A stretch of 64,000 nucleotides of DNA from an uncultured cyanobacterium (GCA_963703315.1 OY969811.1:4192001-4256000), one strand, 5' to 3'; counted from the first letter of the stretch, positions 1 through 10,669 are shown. Notes: generated by a model from the sequence alone, not told the origin. Program-made: numbers and translations.

Positions 1-254
1 ATCTCAACCAGCTTTTAGTTGAGCATAAAGTGTTAAAGGCAGAAAATATCAAAGCTCAAGATGATCAAGCTCCTAAAATGAGTATTTGTCTTGCCGAAAT
101 TGAGTTTACTGATCGCAAGGTGATGTCTCATCGAGGTGAATTGCGAGTTTTATCGGCAAGGCTAGCGCATTTACACAAAGAATTAGAGAAAAAATATCAG
201 CAAAAGACGATCGCGGAAGCAGAACTAGCATGGCGATCGGCATGGGTGGAATAA
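1..254 (+). CDS. 3' part of a hypothetical protein, truncated by the window start
   Basis: The frame of ORF 30..254 stays open back to the window start (LNQLLVEHKVLKAEN...). Its TAA overlaps the ATG of the next gene (TAATG). Confidence 0.6.
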   Translation, partial: LNQLLVEHKVLKAENIKAQDDQAPKMSICLAEIEFTDRKVMSHRGELRVLSARLAHLHKELEKKYQQKTIAEAELAWRSAWVE

Positions 255-580
255 TGGTCAAAAATCGTGTAGTTTACCGTGAGTTTGGCGCACCTGAGGA
301 AGACGATTCTGAGCAAAAAGAGATCGATCTGCCACCGCAACAACAAAATCCCCGTATTCAAGTAACTAGACGCGGCAAGGGTGGCAAGACCGTAACCGAG
401 GTCACAGGCTTCCAAACGACAACTGAGAATTTGGCTAAGTTAACGAAACAGTTAAAAAATCAATGCGGTTCTGGTGGTACATCAAAGGATCAAGCGATCG
501 AAATTCAGGGGGATTGTAGTCAGAAAATCTTGCAGATTTTGCTTAGTTTGGGATATAAAGCAAAAATAAGTGGCAAGTAA
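254..580 (+). CDS. yciH: Translation initiation factor SUI1/eIF1 family protein
   Basis: RRGKGGKTVT...LKNQCGSGGT...IEIQGD SUI1 signature. Start placed at ATG 254, coupled to the upstream stop. Confidence 0.9.
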   Translation: MVKNRVVYREFGAPEEDDSEQKEIDLPPQQQNPRIQVTRRGKGGKTVTEVTGFQTTTENLAKLTKQLKNQCGSGGTSKDQAIEIQGDCSQKILQILLSLGYKAKISGK

Positions 581-628
581 ATCCGTTAAAGTGGAGAATA
601 TCGACCATTTGCTTAAGGTGTTTTACCA

Positions 629-919
629 TTGCGCTACCTACTGCTCGTAATACTCATAATTCTCCCTAGTTTAGTGGGAGTTACAATATTTGGTTATTAT
701 GCACTCATAGATTGGGATGCTCTGCAAAAGGCTTATAACCATTTTGTAGATGTTACTAAAAGTAGTGCCAACTTAGAAACATTGTTTGTTGCAGAAGCAC
801 AGCAAAATATTCACCGAATTAACCTGTTTGCGGATGGTGTGTGGACAATGCTAAGTGTCATAATCGGAGCAATTGGTCTTCACGGTGTTTGTACAATTCC
901 CAAGAAATCAAGGGGATAG
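629..919 (+). CDS. Small two-TM membrane protein, function unknown
   Basis: 96-aa ORF with N- and C-terminal hydrophobic helices. Confidence 0.65.
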   Translation: MRYLLLVILIILPSLVGVTIFGYYALIDWDALQKAYNHFVDVTKSSANLETLFVAEAQQNIHRINLFADGVWTMLSVIIGAIGLHGVCTIPKKSRG

Positions 920-933
920 ATAAATACCTTGCA

Positions 934-1473
934 TTAGCGATTTAAGCAACCGAAAATTTGATTCGGAGTTAGTTGTAATGACATTTCCTCTAAAAAAGTT
1001 AGACGATTATCACCGCTAACAAGTTGGAGAGGCTGATTTGGGCGAAAAATCATGATTATTTGTTCTTGACTATCAATTAACCAACCAAGCTTAGTTCCCT
1101 CAGTTAGACAAGTTTGAATTTTTGTGATTAGTTTTGTTGTACTTTGATTATTTGAGAGAATCTCAATCATCCAGTCTGGAGCTCCTAAAATCGGAGAATT
1201 ATCTAGAGGTATGCGATTTTTATGAATAATCGTTATATCAGGAACTACAGAGATCTCACTCAAGATACAACGCAGTTCTGGAAAAGCCTCATAACAACTA
1301 TCAGTATTGTCGATCGCTCTGACTAAATATTTTTGCAAAAGGCTGTGGTAAAAAGTAGGCATTGGCTTTTGCAGGACTTGACCATTAATCAATTCCCAAG
1401 CTGGAGATTCTTCGATGTTGGGAAGTCTAGAAAACTCATCTAAAGTGATTGGAGAAAGGGCTGCTAAAACCAT
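934..1473 (-). CDS. Uma2 (DUF820) family PD-(D/E)xK endonuclease
   Basis: ELINGQVLQKPMP..H, VPDI, APDWMIEILS, GTKLGWLID motifs. Start moved to MVLAALSP (1473); the ORF track starts at 1518. Confidence 0.9.
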   Translation of the reverse strand: MVLAALSPITLDEFSRLPNIEESPAWELINGQVLQKPMPTFYHSLLQKYLVRAIDNTDSCYEAFPELRCILSEISVVPDITIIHKNRIPLDNSPILGAPDWMIEILSNNQSTTKLITKIQTCLTEGTKLGWLIDSQEQIIMIFRPNQPLQLVSGDNRLTFLEEMSLQLTPNQIFGCLNR

Positions 1474-1529
1474 AAGCCGCTTTATCTCAACTAAAACCAA
1501 TAATCTAAACTTTATCACATCAACGCAGC

Positions 1530-1572
1530 AAATTTTATTGAGATTTTGCTTTGCAAAATCTCAATAAAATTT
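1530..1572. terminator. Perfect hairpin just downstream of the cheR stop
   Basis: AAATTTTATTGAGATTTTGC-TTT-GCAAAATCTCAATAAAATTT. Confidence 0.7.
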
Positions 1573-1573
1573 C

Positions 1574-3193
1574 TTACAGGGAAAATCCAACGCCACTCCA
1601 GCGCATTCTCTCCTCGACTTGGGGAATTAATTGCGTCGGCGTGAGATCTGTCTCAGGAACAATTTCATGACTGGGTAAGGCTTTTAAAATATCGATGGTA
1701 GAACGATACATCTTTAAGGCGCGATCGCGATCGCGCTCTCGACCATACATATCACCAAGGGCGAGATAGGCAGCAACAAAATAGAGATCAAGATAAATTG
1801 CCTTTTTGAGAAGCTGTTTTACTTCATCATATCTGCCCATTTCATCAGCAATATGCGCCATCAAGTAATAGGTTTTCGGAGAATTGGGTTCTACTCTAAT
1901 TACTTCTTGGCAATGGTGATATGCCGATTTGAGTTCGCCTAAGTTGGCGTAGGTCAGCGCACTCAATTGATGGATTTTTAAAGTATGTAAGCGTTTTTCT
2001 TGAATTTGATCTAAATATCTTAATGCTTCTCGATAAGCAGCCCGACTAATCGAACTTTCCGCCGCCGCAAGGCGATCCCAATCAGTTTTAATTTCTAATA
2101 GATCATGAATCTGTGTGTTAGGCACGACTCGATCTGCAAAGTTATTGGAAGCATGACGATAGGATTCCCACGTAGTACTATGAATCTCTGGTGGAATTGG
2201 CGCAGAGGAAGTTGCAGGGGATGGATTGATCGGGAAATTGATTTGAGGTTGGGAACTAGTTGGATAAGTGGAACTATTAGACGGAGGATTAGCTGGTGTG
2301 GGATAGTTGCGAAAGTCTGGACTAGTATAGGAATTGGGGCTGTTAGCATTACTGAGATCGCTTCTTTTATAAACCACCGCATCAGGAAATACATTCACTT
2401 TAAATCCATTCATGTCCTGTCCGTGTAGTTCCATGTGTCCAGCAATCAGGTAGCCATTATTTTTGAGTGCTGAGTGAAACCGACGTAAAACTTTTTTAAT
2501 TGCTTTGGGTTCAAAATAGATAAATACATTACGGCAAAGAATTAAATCAAAATTATGGAAATCTGATGACTTACTAAAATCATCGTCAACCAAATTATTA
2601 GAGTAAAAAGTCACCATTTTACAAAGGCTTTCATGGAGTCTCCATAATGCCCCTTGCTGGGTGAAATATAGGTTTTTTTGTTTATCGGTAAGGCTCCTTA
2701 AAGACCATTCGCTATAAATTGCTTGTCTTGCTTTTTGGACTACTTCAGGATTTAGGTCACTGCCGACAATGCGTAAGCGCCAATTTTGAATATCAGGAAT
2801 GAGTTCCTGTAACAAAATCGCGATCGAGTAGGCTTCTTCTCCCGTCGAACAACCAGCACTCCAAATGCGTAAGGTTTTACTCCCCTGTTGCGCTTGGATT
2901 AGCTCAGGCAAAATATTATTTTGTAATAGATGAATATGCCCCTTATCGCGCATAAAGTAAGTTTCGGCGATCGTCACTTGGCGAATTAGTTCGCGCCATT
3001 CCGATTGGCTCAGGTCTGAGGCACTAGTTAATAAGTCACAATAGGATTCGTAGGTGGATAGTTTGAGCGCCTGTACACGACTATGGATTTTTTTGCAAAA
3101 AGGCGCGTCATCTTGGGGGCGAATATATATGCCAAATCGCTCAGCGATCGCTGCTTTTAATTTATCTAAAACGGATTGAGGAATGGTAACCAT
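1574..3193 (-). CDS. cheR: Chemotaxis methyltransferase CheR with C-terminal TPR domain
   Basis: TIAETYFMRD, IWSAGCSTGEEAYS, FDLILCRNVFIYF; Pro/Ser-rich linker followed by TPR-like repeats. Confidence 0.93.
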   Translation of the reverse strand: MVTIPQSVLDKLKAAIAERFGIYIRPQDDAPFCKKIHSRVQALKLSTYESYCDLLTSASDLSQSEWRELIRQVTIAETYFMRDKGHIHLLQNNILPELIQAQQGSKTLRIWSAGCSTGEEAYSIAILLQELIPDIQNWRLRIVGSDLNPEVVQKARQAIYSEWSLRSLTDKQKNLYFTQQGALWRLHESLCKMVTFYSNNLVDDDFSKSSDFHNFDLILCRNVFIYFEPKAIKKVLRRFHSALKNNGYLIAGHMELHGQDMNGFKVNVFPDAVVYKRSDLSNANSPNSYTSPDFRNYPTPANPPSNSSTYPTSSQPQINFPINPSPATSSAPIPPEIHSTTWESYRHASNNFADRVVPNTQIHDLLEIKTDWDRLAAAESSISRAAYREALRYLDQIQEKRLHTLKIHQLSALTYANLGELKSAYHHCQEVIRVEPNSPKTYYLMAHIADEMGRYDEVKQLLKKAIYLDLYFVAAYLALGDMYGRERDRDRALKMYRSTIDILKALPSHEIVPETDLTPTQLIPQVEERMRWSGVGFSL

Positions 3194-3195
3194 TT

Positions 3196-4104
3196 TTATA
3201 TCTCGTAAATGAATAGCTTGGCTTCAACCCGTTCCATATTGTTATCAGGAGATTTGATTTTCACATCTCTCACTGTTATTTTATTTTGCAATTGTAACGA
3301 GATTATAGAGTCTTGATCGACTTTAGGGAAAGACTCATATTTCGACTTACGCATCAATATAATCATTTTAAAAGATATATTCTTGTTGGATTGGTCATTG
3401 CAAGATGTATCTAAAGATGAGTGTACAGTTGCGGGATGATCGATTTCCCACATCCCTCTAATCCTCAAATTACTAGCACCTAAAGGATCGATTTTATTTA
3501 CTCTGCCCAATTCATTGGTTCCCTCTATTTCTAATCCTTGAATATCATTGATGCCATCTTTTAGAGTTACTTTAATTCGTTCATAATATTCTTTGCTGGC
3601 AGCAGAACAATCACCATAAATTAGCCACAAAGAAGATAATCTATTTTTTGTTTTTTGAGTTTTTCCTGTTTTTTTAGAATCGATACAACCAATAAAGTAG
3701 ATAATATCTTTTTCATCCCAAACTTCACAATCTCGACATCTCGGAAGAATTAAAGGATTGCTGGAAAAAAGTTTTGCCGATGGATAAGAACTATTTAAAG
3801 CTATTCTTGAGGTTAACGAAGTGATTTTTTTTACTTCCACGGCATCTCCACCTTTAATCATAAAATCAGGAGGATGGTTAGCACTACCACCCCAAGAGAA
3901 AACTTTTATATGTGCTTCATCTTTTTTGCCTTTATCCTTAATTTTTACTGAGTCAGCAAATATATCTTTTGCAAAAAGTTCTAAGGCATCTCCAACAGAG
4001 TTGATACGGTTTTCACTGCGATAAAAATCGATCACATTAGGAATGCCGCTATCAACTACTACCTTAATAGCTTTAAGAATATTCGTTGTTGCTTGATCTG
4101 TCAT
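3196..4104 (-). CDS. Type II restriction endonuclease, NgoPII-like (predicted GGCC)
   Basis: TNILKAI, NSVGDALELFAKDIFAD, NHPPDFMIKGGDAVEVKK, ALNSSYP, ELGRVNKIDPLG..LRIRGMW resemble the NgoPII family; adjacent to a C5 methyltransferase. Confidence 0.8.
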   Translation of the reverse strand: MTDQATTNILKAIKVVVDSGIPNVIDFYRSENRINSVGDALELFAKDIFADSVKIKDKGKKDEAHIKVFSWGGSANHPPDFMIKGGDAVEVKKITSLTSRIALNSSYPSAKLFSSNPLILPRCRDCEVWDEKDIIYFIGCIDSKKTGKTQKTKNRLSSLWLIYGDCSAASKEYYERIKVTLKDGINDIQGLEIEGTNELGRVNKIDPLGASNLRIRGMWEIDHPATVHSSLDTSCNDQSNKNISFKMIILMRKSKYESFPKVDQDSIISLQLQNKITVRDVKIKSPDNNMERVEAKLFIYEI

Positions 4105-4119
4105 ATAGCCCCCATATAG

Positions 4120-5196
4120 TTATCCAGATATTTCTAAAGGGATTTTGAAATAGTCTGTATCCTTGATTGAAATATGTTGATGCTGATAGTTTTCTAAAGA
4201 AAAATCTAAATTCAGTTGTAGATTAATGGATTGTGCGATCGCATATCCTAAATTGACAGGAACCGCATTCCCAATCATCTTGTAAGCATTCCCTAAATCT
4301 TGATAATAGAAAACAAAATCATCAGGAAATGTTTGGATTCTGGCACATTCCCGTACTGTTAATCGACGATAAGGAAATGACGATTCTGGATCAAAAATCC
4401 ATTTGTCTTTACTGATATGAATCATCCGATTTGCTTGGGGATGGATCGGTGCATGACGACCACCCGCTTGAATGGTGAAGGATGGCTCATCCCATGTCCG
4501 CACTCGATTTCGCGACATATACATACTTGAGAAATCACCCTGCATATACTCATGGTTAGGAACATGACAATCTTTACCATTGGATTTGCTCCGACCGATC
4601 GCTGGTTTCTCAGTACCATGTAGATCCGCGATCGCCTGTTTTAGGTTGGGAATATTAGAAGATGGTGTTAATGCATTAAAGGAAAATTTCTTACCTAAAT
4701 CAGCCCGAAATCCGATAAAAATGACTCTTTTTCGCGCTTGGGGGACATGATAATGTTTGGCCTCTAGTAACTTGTAAGCGATCGAATAACCTGCTTCTTC
4801 AAAGGCAGCAATGATATTTGCCAATGCTACGCTATGTTTTTTGTGAAACATTCCCGAAACATTTTCCGCCAGAAAAAATAAGGGCTGCTTATCTTTGAGA
4901 ACGCGCACATATTCCATAAATAGCTGCCCTCGCTCATCATCAAACCCTTTTTGAGTTCCCGCTTCACTCCAACTCTGGCAAGGTGGCCCACCAATAATGC
5001 CAATACACTCAGGAATATCTTGTGAAGGGATTTTCCGAATATCGCGCCGATCTAAGACCGTATGCCGATGATTTTTGGCATAGGTTTCCCAGATTGCTTT
5101 GTCAAACTCATTAGCCCAGACCACATCAAATCCTGCTTTAGAAAAACCTAGATCTAATCCTCCACAGCCAGAAAATAGCGAAACGATTGACTTCAT
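4120..5196 (-). CDS. DNA (cytosine-5)-methyltransferase, M.HaeIII/M.NgoPII-like
   Basis: LFSGCGG (motif I), GGPPCQSWSEAG (IV), ENV (VI), Q.RKRV (VIII), YMSRNRVR/TIQAGGRHAPIHPQA target-recognition region, YKMIGNAVP (X). Confidence 0.92.
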   Translation of the reverse strand: MKSIVSLFSGCGGLDLGFSKAGFDVVWANEFDKAIWETYAKNHRHTVLDRRDIRKIPSQDIPECIGIIGGPPCQSWSEAGTQKGFDDERGQLFMEYVRVLKDKQPLFFLAENVSGMFHKKHSVALANIIAAFEEAGYSIAYKLLEAKHYHVPQARKRVIFIGFRADLGKKFSFNALTPSSNIPNLKQAIADLHGTEKPAIGRSKSNGKDCHVPNHEYMQGDFSSMYMSRNRVRTWDEPSFTIQAGGRHAPIHPQANRMIHISKDKWIFDPESSFPYRRLTVRECARIQTFPDDFVFYYQDLGNAYKMIGNAVPVNLGYAIAQSINLQLNLDFSLENYQHQHISIKDTDYFKIPLEISG

Positions 5197-5250
5197 AGGT
5201 TATGTACTAAAGGTATGTACTAAAATTTATATGCTTTAGATTAAATTGTT

Positions 5251-5353
5251 ATACCAAAATTAAAAATGGCTCTGCCATTTTTAATTTTAAAAACTTTTGT
5301 TGGGTTTAGTTTTTAATTCATCAAAATGTGACAACACTTTTATGAATTTGTAT
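5251..5353. repeat. Miniature repeat element with two internal hairpins
   Basis: Imperfect terminal inverted repeats ATACCAAAATT...AATTTGTAT. Internal hairpins AAAATTAAAAATGGC-TCT-GCCATTTTTAATTTT and an imperfect AATTCATCAAAATGTG...CACTTTTATGAATT. Confidence 0.55.
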
Positions 5354-5363
5354 TATTGAGTGC

Positions 5364-6461
5364 TTAGAAAGTCGAGGAACTAGTTGTTTGGGTGGTGAGT
5401 ATGTGGTTCATCACAAAGGGGGCGATTTCTTGAATTGCCAGAATATTTTGGGCGGCTCCGATTTCGATCGCTACTCCCGGCATTCCAAACACAATACTGG
5501 TGGCTTCATTTTGGGCGATCGTTACACCGCCAGCTTTGCGAATTGCTAATAGCCCCGTTGCGCCATCTCGTCCCATGCCTGTTAACAAAATACCAATTGT
5601 TCTTGCACCATAGATCCTTGCGGCGGATTGGAATGTGACTGTCGCCGATGGACAATGACCATCCACAGGAAAGGCTGCCGTGTAAAAAAATCTACCGCGA
5701 TCGTCAAACTCTAACTGGCGATCCTCTGGCGCAAAGTAGATTGTGCCAGCTTCGGGCATGGTTCCCTGCACGGCAATTTTCACGGGCAGATGACAGAGAG
5801 AACCGAGCCAATCGATAAGTCCCATCAAAAAGCCGCGACTAATATGTTGTACGCATACAATCGGCGCAGGAAACCCGACGGGAATTTGGGTTAATAAAGT
5901 TTGTAATGCTTGAGGTCCCCCTGTGGACGCACCAATGGTGACTATTTGGGCATCAGGAGCGATCGCAAAAAATACAGGTGGTGGGGCTGGTTCTTTGTAG
6001 GTTTGCTTTTCGAGAGAGAGTAAAGTGTTGCGCTTAGTGCGAGTAAATACAGAAACCCCTGACAAAACCCGAATGCGTTCGATTAAGTCCTGTTGAATCT
6101 TTTTGTAATCTTCAAGCAAACCACTAGGAGGCTTAGGAAAAACATCGACTGCGCCCGACTCTAGCATTTTGAAAATGGTACGAGCATCTTCAGACTGTAC
6201 CGAAATACTAATTACCAAAATTGGGCGGGGATATTTCATCATTACCAATTCTGTGAGCTGCAAACCATTCATGCGTGGCATATGGTAATCGGTACAGATC
6301 ACATGGGGATTTACCTGTGGCAACAGGGCAAGGGCTTCAATCCCATCTTTGGCACAACCCACTACTTCGATATCGGGGGCTTGCGAGAGAATACGCTGAA
6401 GAATCTCTAGGGCAATATGTGAGTCATCAACCAGTAATACACGAATCGGCGGCTTAGACAT
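5364..6461 (-). CDS. cheB: Chemotaxis response regulator methylesterase CheB
   Basis: N-terminal REC domain; GASTGGP, VQHI, LTGMGRDGA catalytic motifs. Confidence 0.95.
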   Translation of the reverse strand: MSKPPIRVLLVDDSHIALEILQRILSQAPDIEVVGCAKDGIEALALLPQVNPHVICTDYHMPRMNGLQLTELVMMKYPRPILVISISVQSEDARTIFKMLESGAVDVFPKPPSGLLEDYKKIQQDLIERIRVLSGVSVFTRTKRNTLLSLEKQTYKEPAPPPVFFAIAPDAQIVTIGASTGGPQALQTLLTQIPVGFPAPIVCVQHISRGFLMGLIDWLGSLCHLPVKIAVQGTMPEAGTIYFAPEDRQLEFDDRGRFFYTAAFPVDGHCPSATVTFQSAARIYGARTIGILLTGMGRDGATGLLAIRKAGGVTIAQNEATSIVFGMPGVAIEIGAAQNILAIQEIAPFVMNHILTTQTTSSSTF

Positions 6462-9086
6462 TTAGATCAGCCTCCCTAGTGTCTCTAAGAGAACGTTTTG
6501 ATCGAAGGCACTCTTGACGATGTAAGCATTGGCTCCCACCTCTGCCCCACGTCGTTTATCTTCTTCCGAAGCAAGGGACGTAACCAGAATTACGGGCAGA
6601 TCGGTATATTCCTTGTGCTGACGGATGCGGGCAGTCAGTTCTAAACCATCGAGGTGAGGCATTTGAATATCGGAAACGACAGCATCAACATTTTTGGTGC
6701 GTAATTTATCGTAGCCATCCAAACCATCGACTGCTGCAATGACTTCATAACCAGCGTTTTCGAGAATACGTTTGACTTGGGTACGGACTGTTATCGAATC
6801 TTCGACCATTAAGACTATTTTCTTGCGTTGTACGGATTCTAACAGTTTACTGGTTGAGATAAATCCTGAGCGTTTACGTGCCGATTTTAGTAGGTCAGAT
6901 GGGTTTAAGACCATGCAGACTTCACCAGTGCCGAGGATGGTCGCGCCGCTAACATTGCGAATGCGTTTCAGGAGCTTGCTTTGCGGTTTCATGACCACAT
7001 CCTGCTCGTCAAGGAGGGCATCGACGATTAAGCCTAGACGCTCTACGCCCATTTTTAGGATGATGCATGGCAGAGATTTAATGTTGGTAAGGTTGCGATC
7101 GCTGATATCTAGCTCCAGTAAATCTGACAACCAAGCCACCGAGACAGGGTGTTCATCGATCGTAATCGTGTGACTACCTTCGATCGAGAAAATATCTTTA
7201 TGGGGAATCAGGCGCGTGGTTTGCACAAATTCGACAGGGAGTGCATAGGGCGTATCTTTGACTGCCGCGATCAATACGTGGGTAGTCGCAAGGGTAGTGT
7301 CAATTTGCATTCGGAAAATGCAACCTTGTCCTGCCTTTGACTCTACCCACACATCACCTTTGAGCCGTTCGATGTTGGTGCGTACCACATCTAAACCCAC
7401 GCCGCGCCCTGACATTTGGGTAACAGCTAAGCGGGTGGAAAATCCTGACGTAAAAATGAGGTTTTGGATTTGGGATGCAGACATCGAAGATAGTTCTTCT
7501 TCGCGACAAATGCCACGCTGAATCGCAGCTTGACGGATCTGATCGATATTCAGTCCCCGACCATCATCATTGAGTTCGATGATGATACTGCGAGCATTTT
7601 GCAAACCACGTAAATAAATTGTGGCAACTCTGGGTTTACCAGCTTTTTCGCGCTCTGACGGTAACTCGATGCCATGATCGATCGCATTCCGAATCAAGTG
7701 CATCAGAGGATCTTTGATTTCTTCGAGAATATGTTTATCCGCGCAGGTGTCGCCGCCTTCGATGATCAGTTCGACTTCCTTGGCTTGTTGGCGAGCGAGG
7801 TCACGCACCATGCGGGGGAACAGATTAAACACAGTGGCAAGGGGTAATAAACGCAACGTGCTAATGCCTTCCTTGAGATCCCCTGCGATCGAGTCTAGCC
7901 TTGCATTATCCTCGTAAGTATTGCGGCGTAAATGATTGAGTTGATTACCGAGGCGATCGAGACGTTCTTCGAGACGACGATGGAAATTAGCATTCTTGGG
8001 GTTATTAGAATTTTGGAGTGACTGGCGATCGCCATTTAAGCCATTACTCGCTGCCCCTTTACCATGATTTTTTTCTAGAGCTAAACGACTGACAAAGGTA
8101 TCACGACTCCATTCTTCCCACAGGCTAATAATTTCTTCGATTTCCGTGAGACGTTGCGAGATCCGAATTTTGGTAACGGTTAATTCCCCCACTTGAGTCA
8201 TTAAAGCATCTAGCTTTTGCGGATCAACTCTGATCGTATCAATGCGATATTTATCAGTTTCACTAAAAGTGGCTTGGACATTGGGAGTGGCAGTAGGGTT
8301 ACTTGCACCATTGTTAGCCGATTTCACATCAGGTTGGGCATTTACTTCAGGCGATCGCGCTGCTATTGATTCTGGTATAGGTGCTGGAATAATTGGTGGA
8401 TTTATGTTTGAGGCGATCGCTTCTTTGTTTACAGGAGCATCTTGTGGAGGATTTTGTGGGAGACTTTGCTTACTACTAGGAGCCGTACTAGATGTATGCG
8501 TTTTTGGTGGGGTAATGACGATACCGATGTTATTCGCATTGCCATTACCATTGCTGTAGTTGCCATTACCATTGGTTAAGCTCAGGTTTTGAGGAATTAA
8601 GGTAATCGGTACATAGGGAGCAACTACGGGCGTACTCATCATGATGTTCGCATTGTCTTCAAAGGGATCACTATCCGCAGTTGTTTCTTCTTGATGAATT
8701 TCTGCCCCCATCAGTTGCGCCAAAACTTCAAAAATACTAATCCGTGCTTCTTCATCGGTAATTGCTTCATGCACCAATTGCCGAATTGCATCAAGTCCCA
8801 AATATAGGCGATCGAGCATCTTTCCCGACAGTTCCAATTCTCCCCGTTTTGCCGCCCCCAACAAATCTTCAACTTGGTGAGTCAGCGTCTCCACGCCCGA
8901 AATACCAAGCATTCTGGCATCACCTTTGAGGGTATGTGCTTCTCGCAAGGCTTCCTCTAAGTGCGCCAGATCCTGTGGATTTTTTTCGAGAAACAGAAAG
9001 TCTTCTTCTAGCTTCTGAATATGTTCTTCGCTAGCAATCTTAAAGACATTTCTCAGTTCTTCATCTTCGATGTACATATCACGCAC
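6462..9086 (-). CDS. cheA: Hybrid histidine kinase CheA (Hpt-HATPase-CheW-REC)
   Basis: REAHTLKG Hpt, HLIRNAIDHGIE, DDGRG, SGRGVGLDVV, CheW domain, C-terminal REC. True start may be ATG 9077. Confidence 0.95.
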   Translation of the reverse strand: MRDMYIEDEELRNVFKIASEEHIQKLEEDFLFLEKNPQDLAHLEEALREAHTLKGDARMLGISGVETLTHQVEDLLGAAKRGELELSGKMLDRLYLGLDAIRQLVHEAITDEEARISIFEVLAQLMGAEIHQEETTADSDPFEDNANIMMSTPVVAPYVPITLIPQNLSLTNGNGNYSNGNGNANNIGIVITPPKTHTSSTAPSSKQSLPQNPPQDAPVNKEAIASNINPPIIPAPIPESIAARSPEVNAQPDVKSANNGASNPTATPNVQATFSETDKYRIDTIRVDPQKLDALMTQVGELTVTKIRISQRLTEIEEIISLWEEWSRDTFVSRLALEKNHGKGAASNGLNGDRQSLQNSNNPKNANFHRRLEERLDRLGNQLNHLRRNTYEDNARLDSIAGDLKEGISTLRLLPLATVFNLFPRMVRDLARQQAKEVELIIEGGDTCADKHILEEIKDPLMHLIRNAIDHGIELPSEREKAGKPRVATIYLRGLQNARSIIIELNDDGRGLNIDQIRQAAIQRGICREEELSSMSASQIQNLIFTSGFSTRLAVTQMSGRGVGLDVVRTNIERLKGDVWVESKAGQGCIFRMQIDTTLATTHVLIAAVKDTPYALPVEFVQTTRLIPHKDIFSIEGSHTITIDEHPVSVAWLSDLLELDISDRNLTNIKSLPCIILKMGVERLGLIVDALLDEQDVVMKPQSKLLKRIRNVSGATILGTGEVCMVLNPSDLLKSARKRSGFISTSKLLESVQRKKIVLMVEDSITVRTQVKRILENAGYEVIAAVDGLDGYDKLRTKNVDAVVSDIQMPHLDGLELTARIRQHKEYTDLPVILVTSLASEEDKRRGAEVGANAYIVKSAFDQNVLLETLGRLI

Positions 9087-9100
9087 TCCGTTTATATTTT

Positions 9101-9131
9101 ATGGAAAGTCTGCCTACGGCAGACTTTCCAT
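9101..9131. repeat. Perfect intra-operon hairpin between MCP and cheA
   Basis: ATGGAAAGTCTGCC-TAC-GGCAGACTTTCCAT. Confidence 0.65.
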
Positions 9132-10583
9132 TTAGACCACTGCTTGCAACTTCTGAGCCGCAGAATTAAGTTGATGGGTGCTGACTTTGATTTGGGATAC
9201 GCCCGAAGCGGTTTCTCGCGCACCGAGGTTAATCGCATTCATCGCTTCCACGACTTGATTGATGGCTACCGCCTGTTGCTTGGCATTTAGCGAAATCTGT
9301 TGACTGCTGATGAAGACGTTATTGATCGAGTCAGATACGCCTGTAAAGGCTTCTGCCATGCTACGGGCAAGGGACAAGCCTTCGTTTACAGTCTTGTTGC
9401 CTTCATCGGTAACCATGACTGTGGAGTTAATCGCAGTTTGGATGTCTGAAACCAGAGTGTTGATTTTTTCAGCAGACTTCTTGCTTTGATCAGCAAGTTT
9501 ACGGATTTCTTCAGCAACTACGGCAAAACCTTTACCGTGATCCCCAGCACGGGCGGCTTCTACAGCAGCATTCAGCGCTAGCATATTAGTTTGGTTAGCA
9601 AGGTCGCCCACTAGTCCTGAAATATTACCGATCTGATTAGTTTGTTCACTGAGACGCAGAATTTGTTCGGCGATCGCCCCAACTTTATCTTTTAAGGTAG
9701 TCATCTCATCGAGGGTTTGACGGACTGCTTTTGTACCACCTTCAGTGAGAGAGAGGGCATGACGTGCGCCTGAAGCAGAGACTTCCGCTTGTTCCGCCGA
9801 TTGGCGAGATGATGTACCCAGTTCACCCATTGTGGTCGAGGTTTCATTGACCGAGCTAGCCTGTTGCGAAACGGTGCGCTCTTGCTCTTCGACCGCACTG
9901 GCAATCTGTGCCGAAGAACTGGCGATTTCGCTAGCGGCTTGGTTGAGGGTGCTAGCGATCGCCGACGAGATAATAAAGGCAACCACTAAAGCAATCACTA
10001 AAGATGTTGATGCGCCGATTACTGATAGGGTCACCAACAAGTTCAAAGAAGCTTTAGTATTGGTTTCTGCGTCACTGACAACAGCATCTTGACGGACATT
10101 GAACTCCTTCAAAATTGCTTCAAAGGTCTTGAGAACTTCTGCACCAGTCTCTACAGTGTCGATCACAAGCTTACGGTTACCAGCCTTAACTGCTTCCACT
10201 TGACCAGCAGTGATTTTTTGATACTGTTCCGTAATCGCCACCATCTTTTCCATGCGTTCCCTTTGTTCAGGAATTGCATCCTTAGTCACTTCCAAGGCAT
10301 GGGCTTGAGCTTCATTGAGCATTTTGACTCCAGCTTCGTAGCGCTCAAGTATTGCCTTATCGGTGGTAAGCGCATAGCCTCGCGACTGCCTTGAAGTCTG
10401 CGAGAGCCGTAGTTCAAGTTCACTAGCAGCTTTTCCTCGCACTTCCGATCTCAGTGCTGCTTCAAAGTTTTTGCTGACATTTTGGGCTGTTGTATAGACA
10501 CCGATCGCCAACCCTGTAATCAATACCACTGGCACGGAGTAGCCAAGTAGCATTTTACCCCTGAGTTTCAAGTTGCTAAACAT
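9132..10583 (-). CDS. Methyl-accepting chemotaxis protein (two TM, helical periplasmic sensor)
   Basis: [34 protein letters not shown] signalling hairpin. Confidence 0.95.
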   Translation of the reverse strand: MFSNLKLRGKMLLGYSVPVVLITGLAIGVYTTAQNVSKNFEAALRSEVRGKAASELELRLSQTSRQSRGYALTTDKAILERYEAGVKMLNEAQAHALEVTKDAIPEQRERMEKMVAITEQYQKITAGQVEAVKAGNRKLVIDTVETGAEVLKTFEAILKEFNVRQDAVVSDAETNTKASLNLLVTLSVIGASTSLVIALVVAFIISSAIASTLNQAASEIASSSAQIASAVEEQERTVSQQASSVNETSTTMGELGTSSRQSAEQAEVSASGARHALSLTEGGTKAVRQTLDEMTTLKDKVGAIAEQILRLSEQTNQIGNISGLVGDLANQTNMLALNAAVEAARAGDHGKGFAVVAEEIRKLADQSKKSAEKINTLVSDIQTAINSTVMVTDEGNKTVNEGLSLARSMAEAFTGVSDSINNVFISSQQISLNAKQQAVAINQVVEAMNAINLGARETASGVSQIKVSTHQLNSAAQKLQAVV

Positions 10584-10669
10584 AGTCTTTAATCCTAATT
10601 AGTCTCAATTTTTAATGTACGAGTAATGAACTATGGAATAAATCAAGAATTTTATGCCTAGATGCATCA

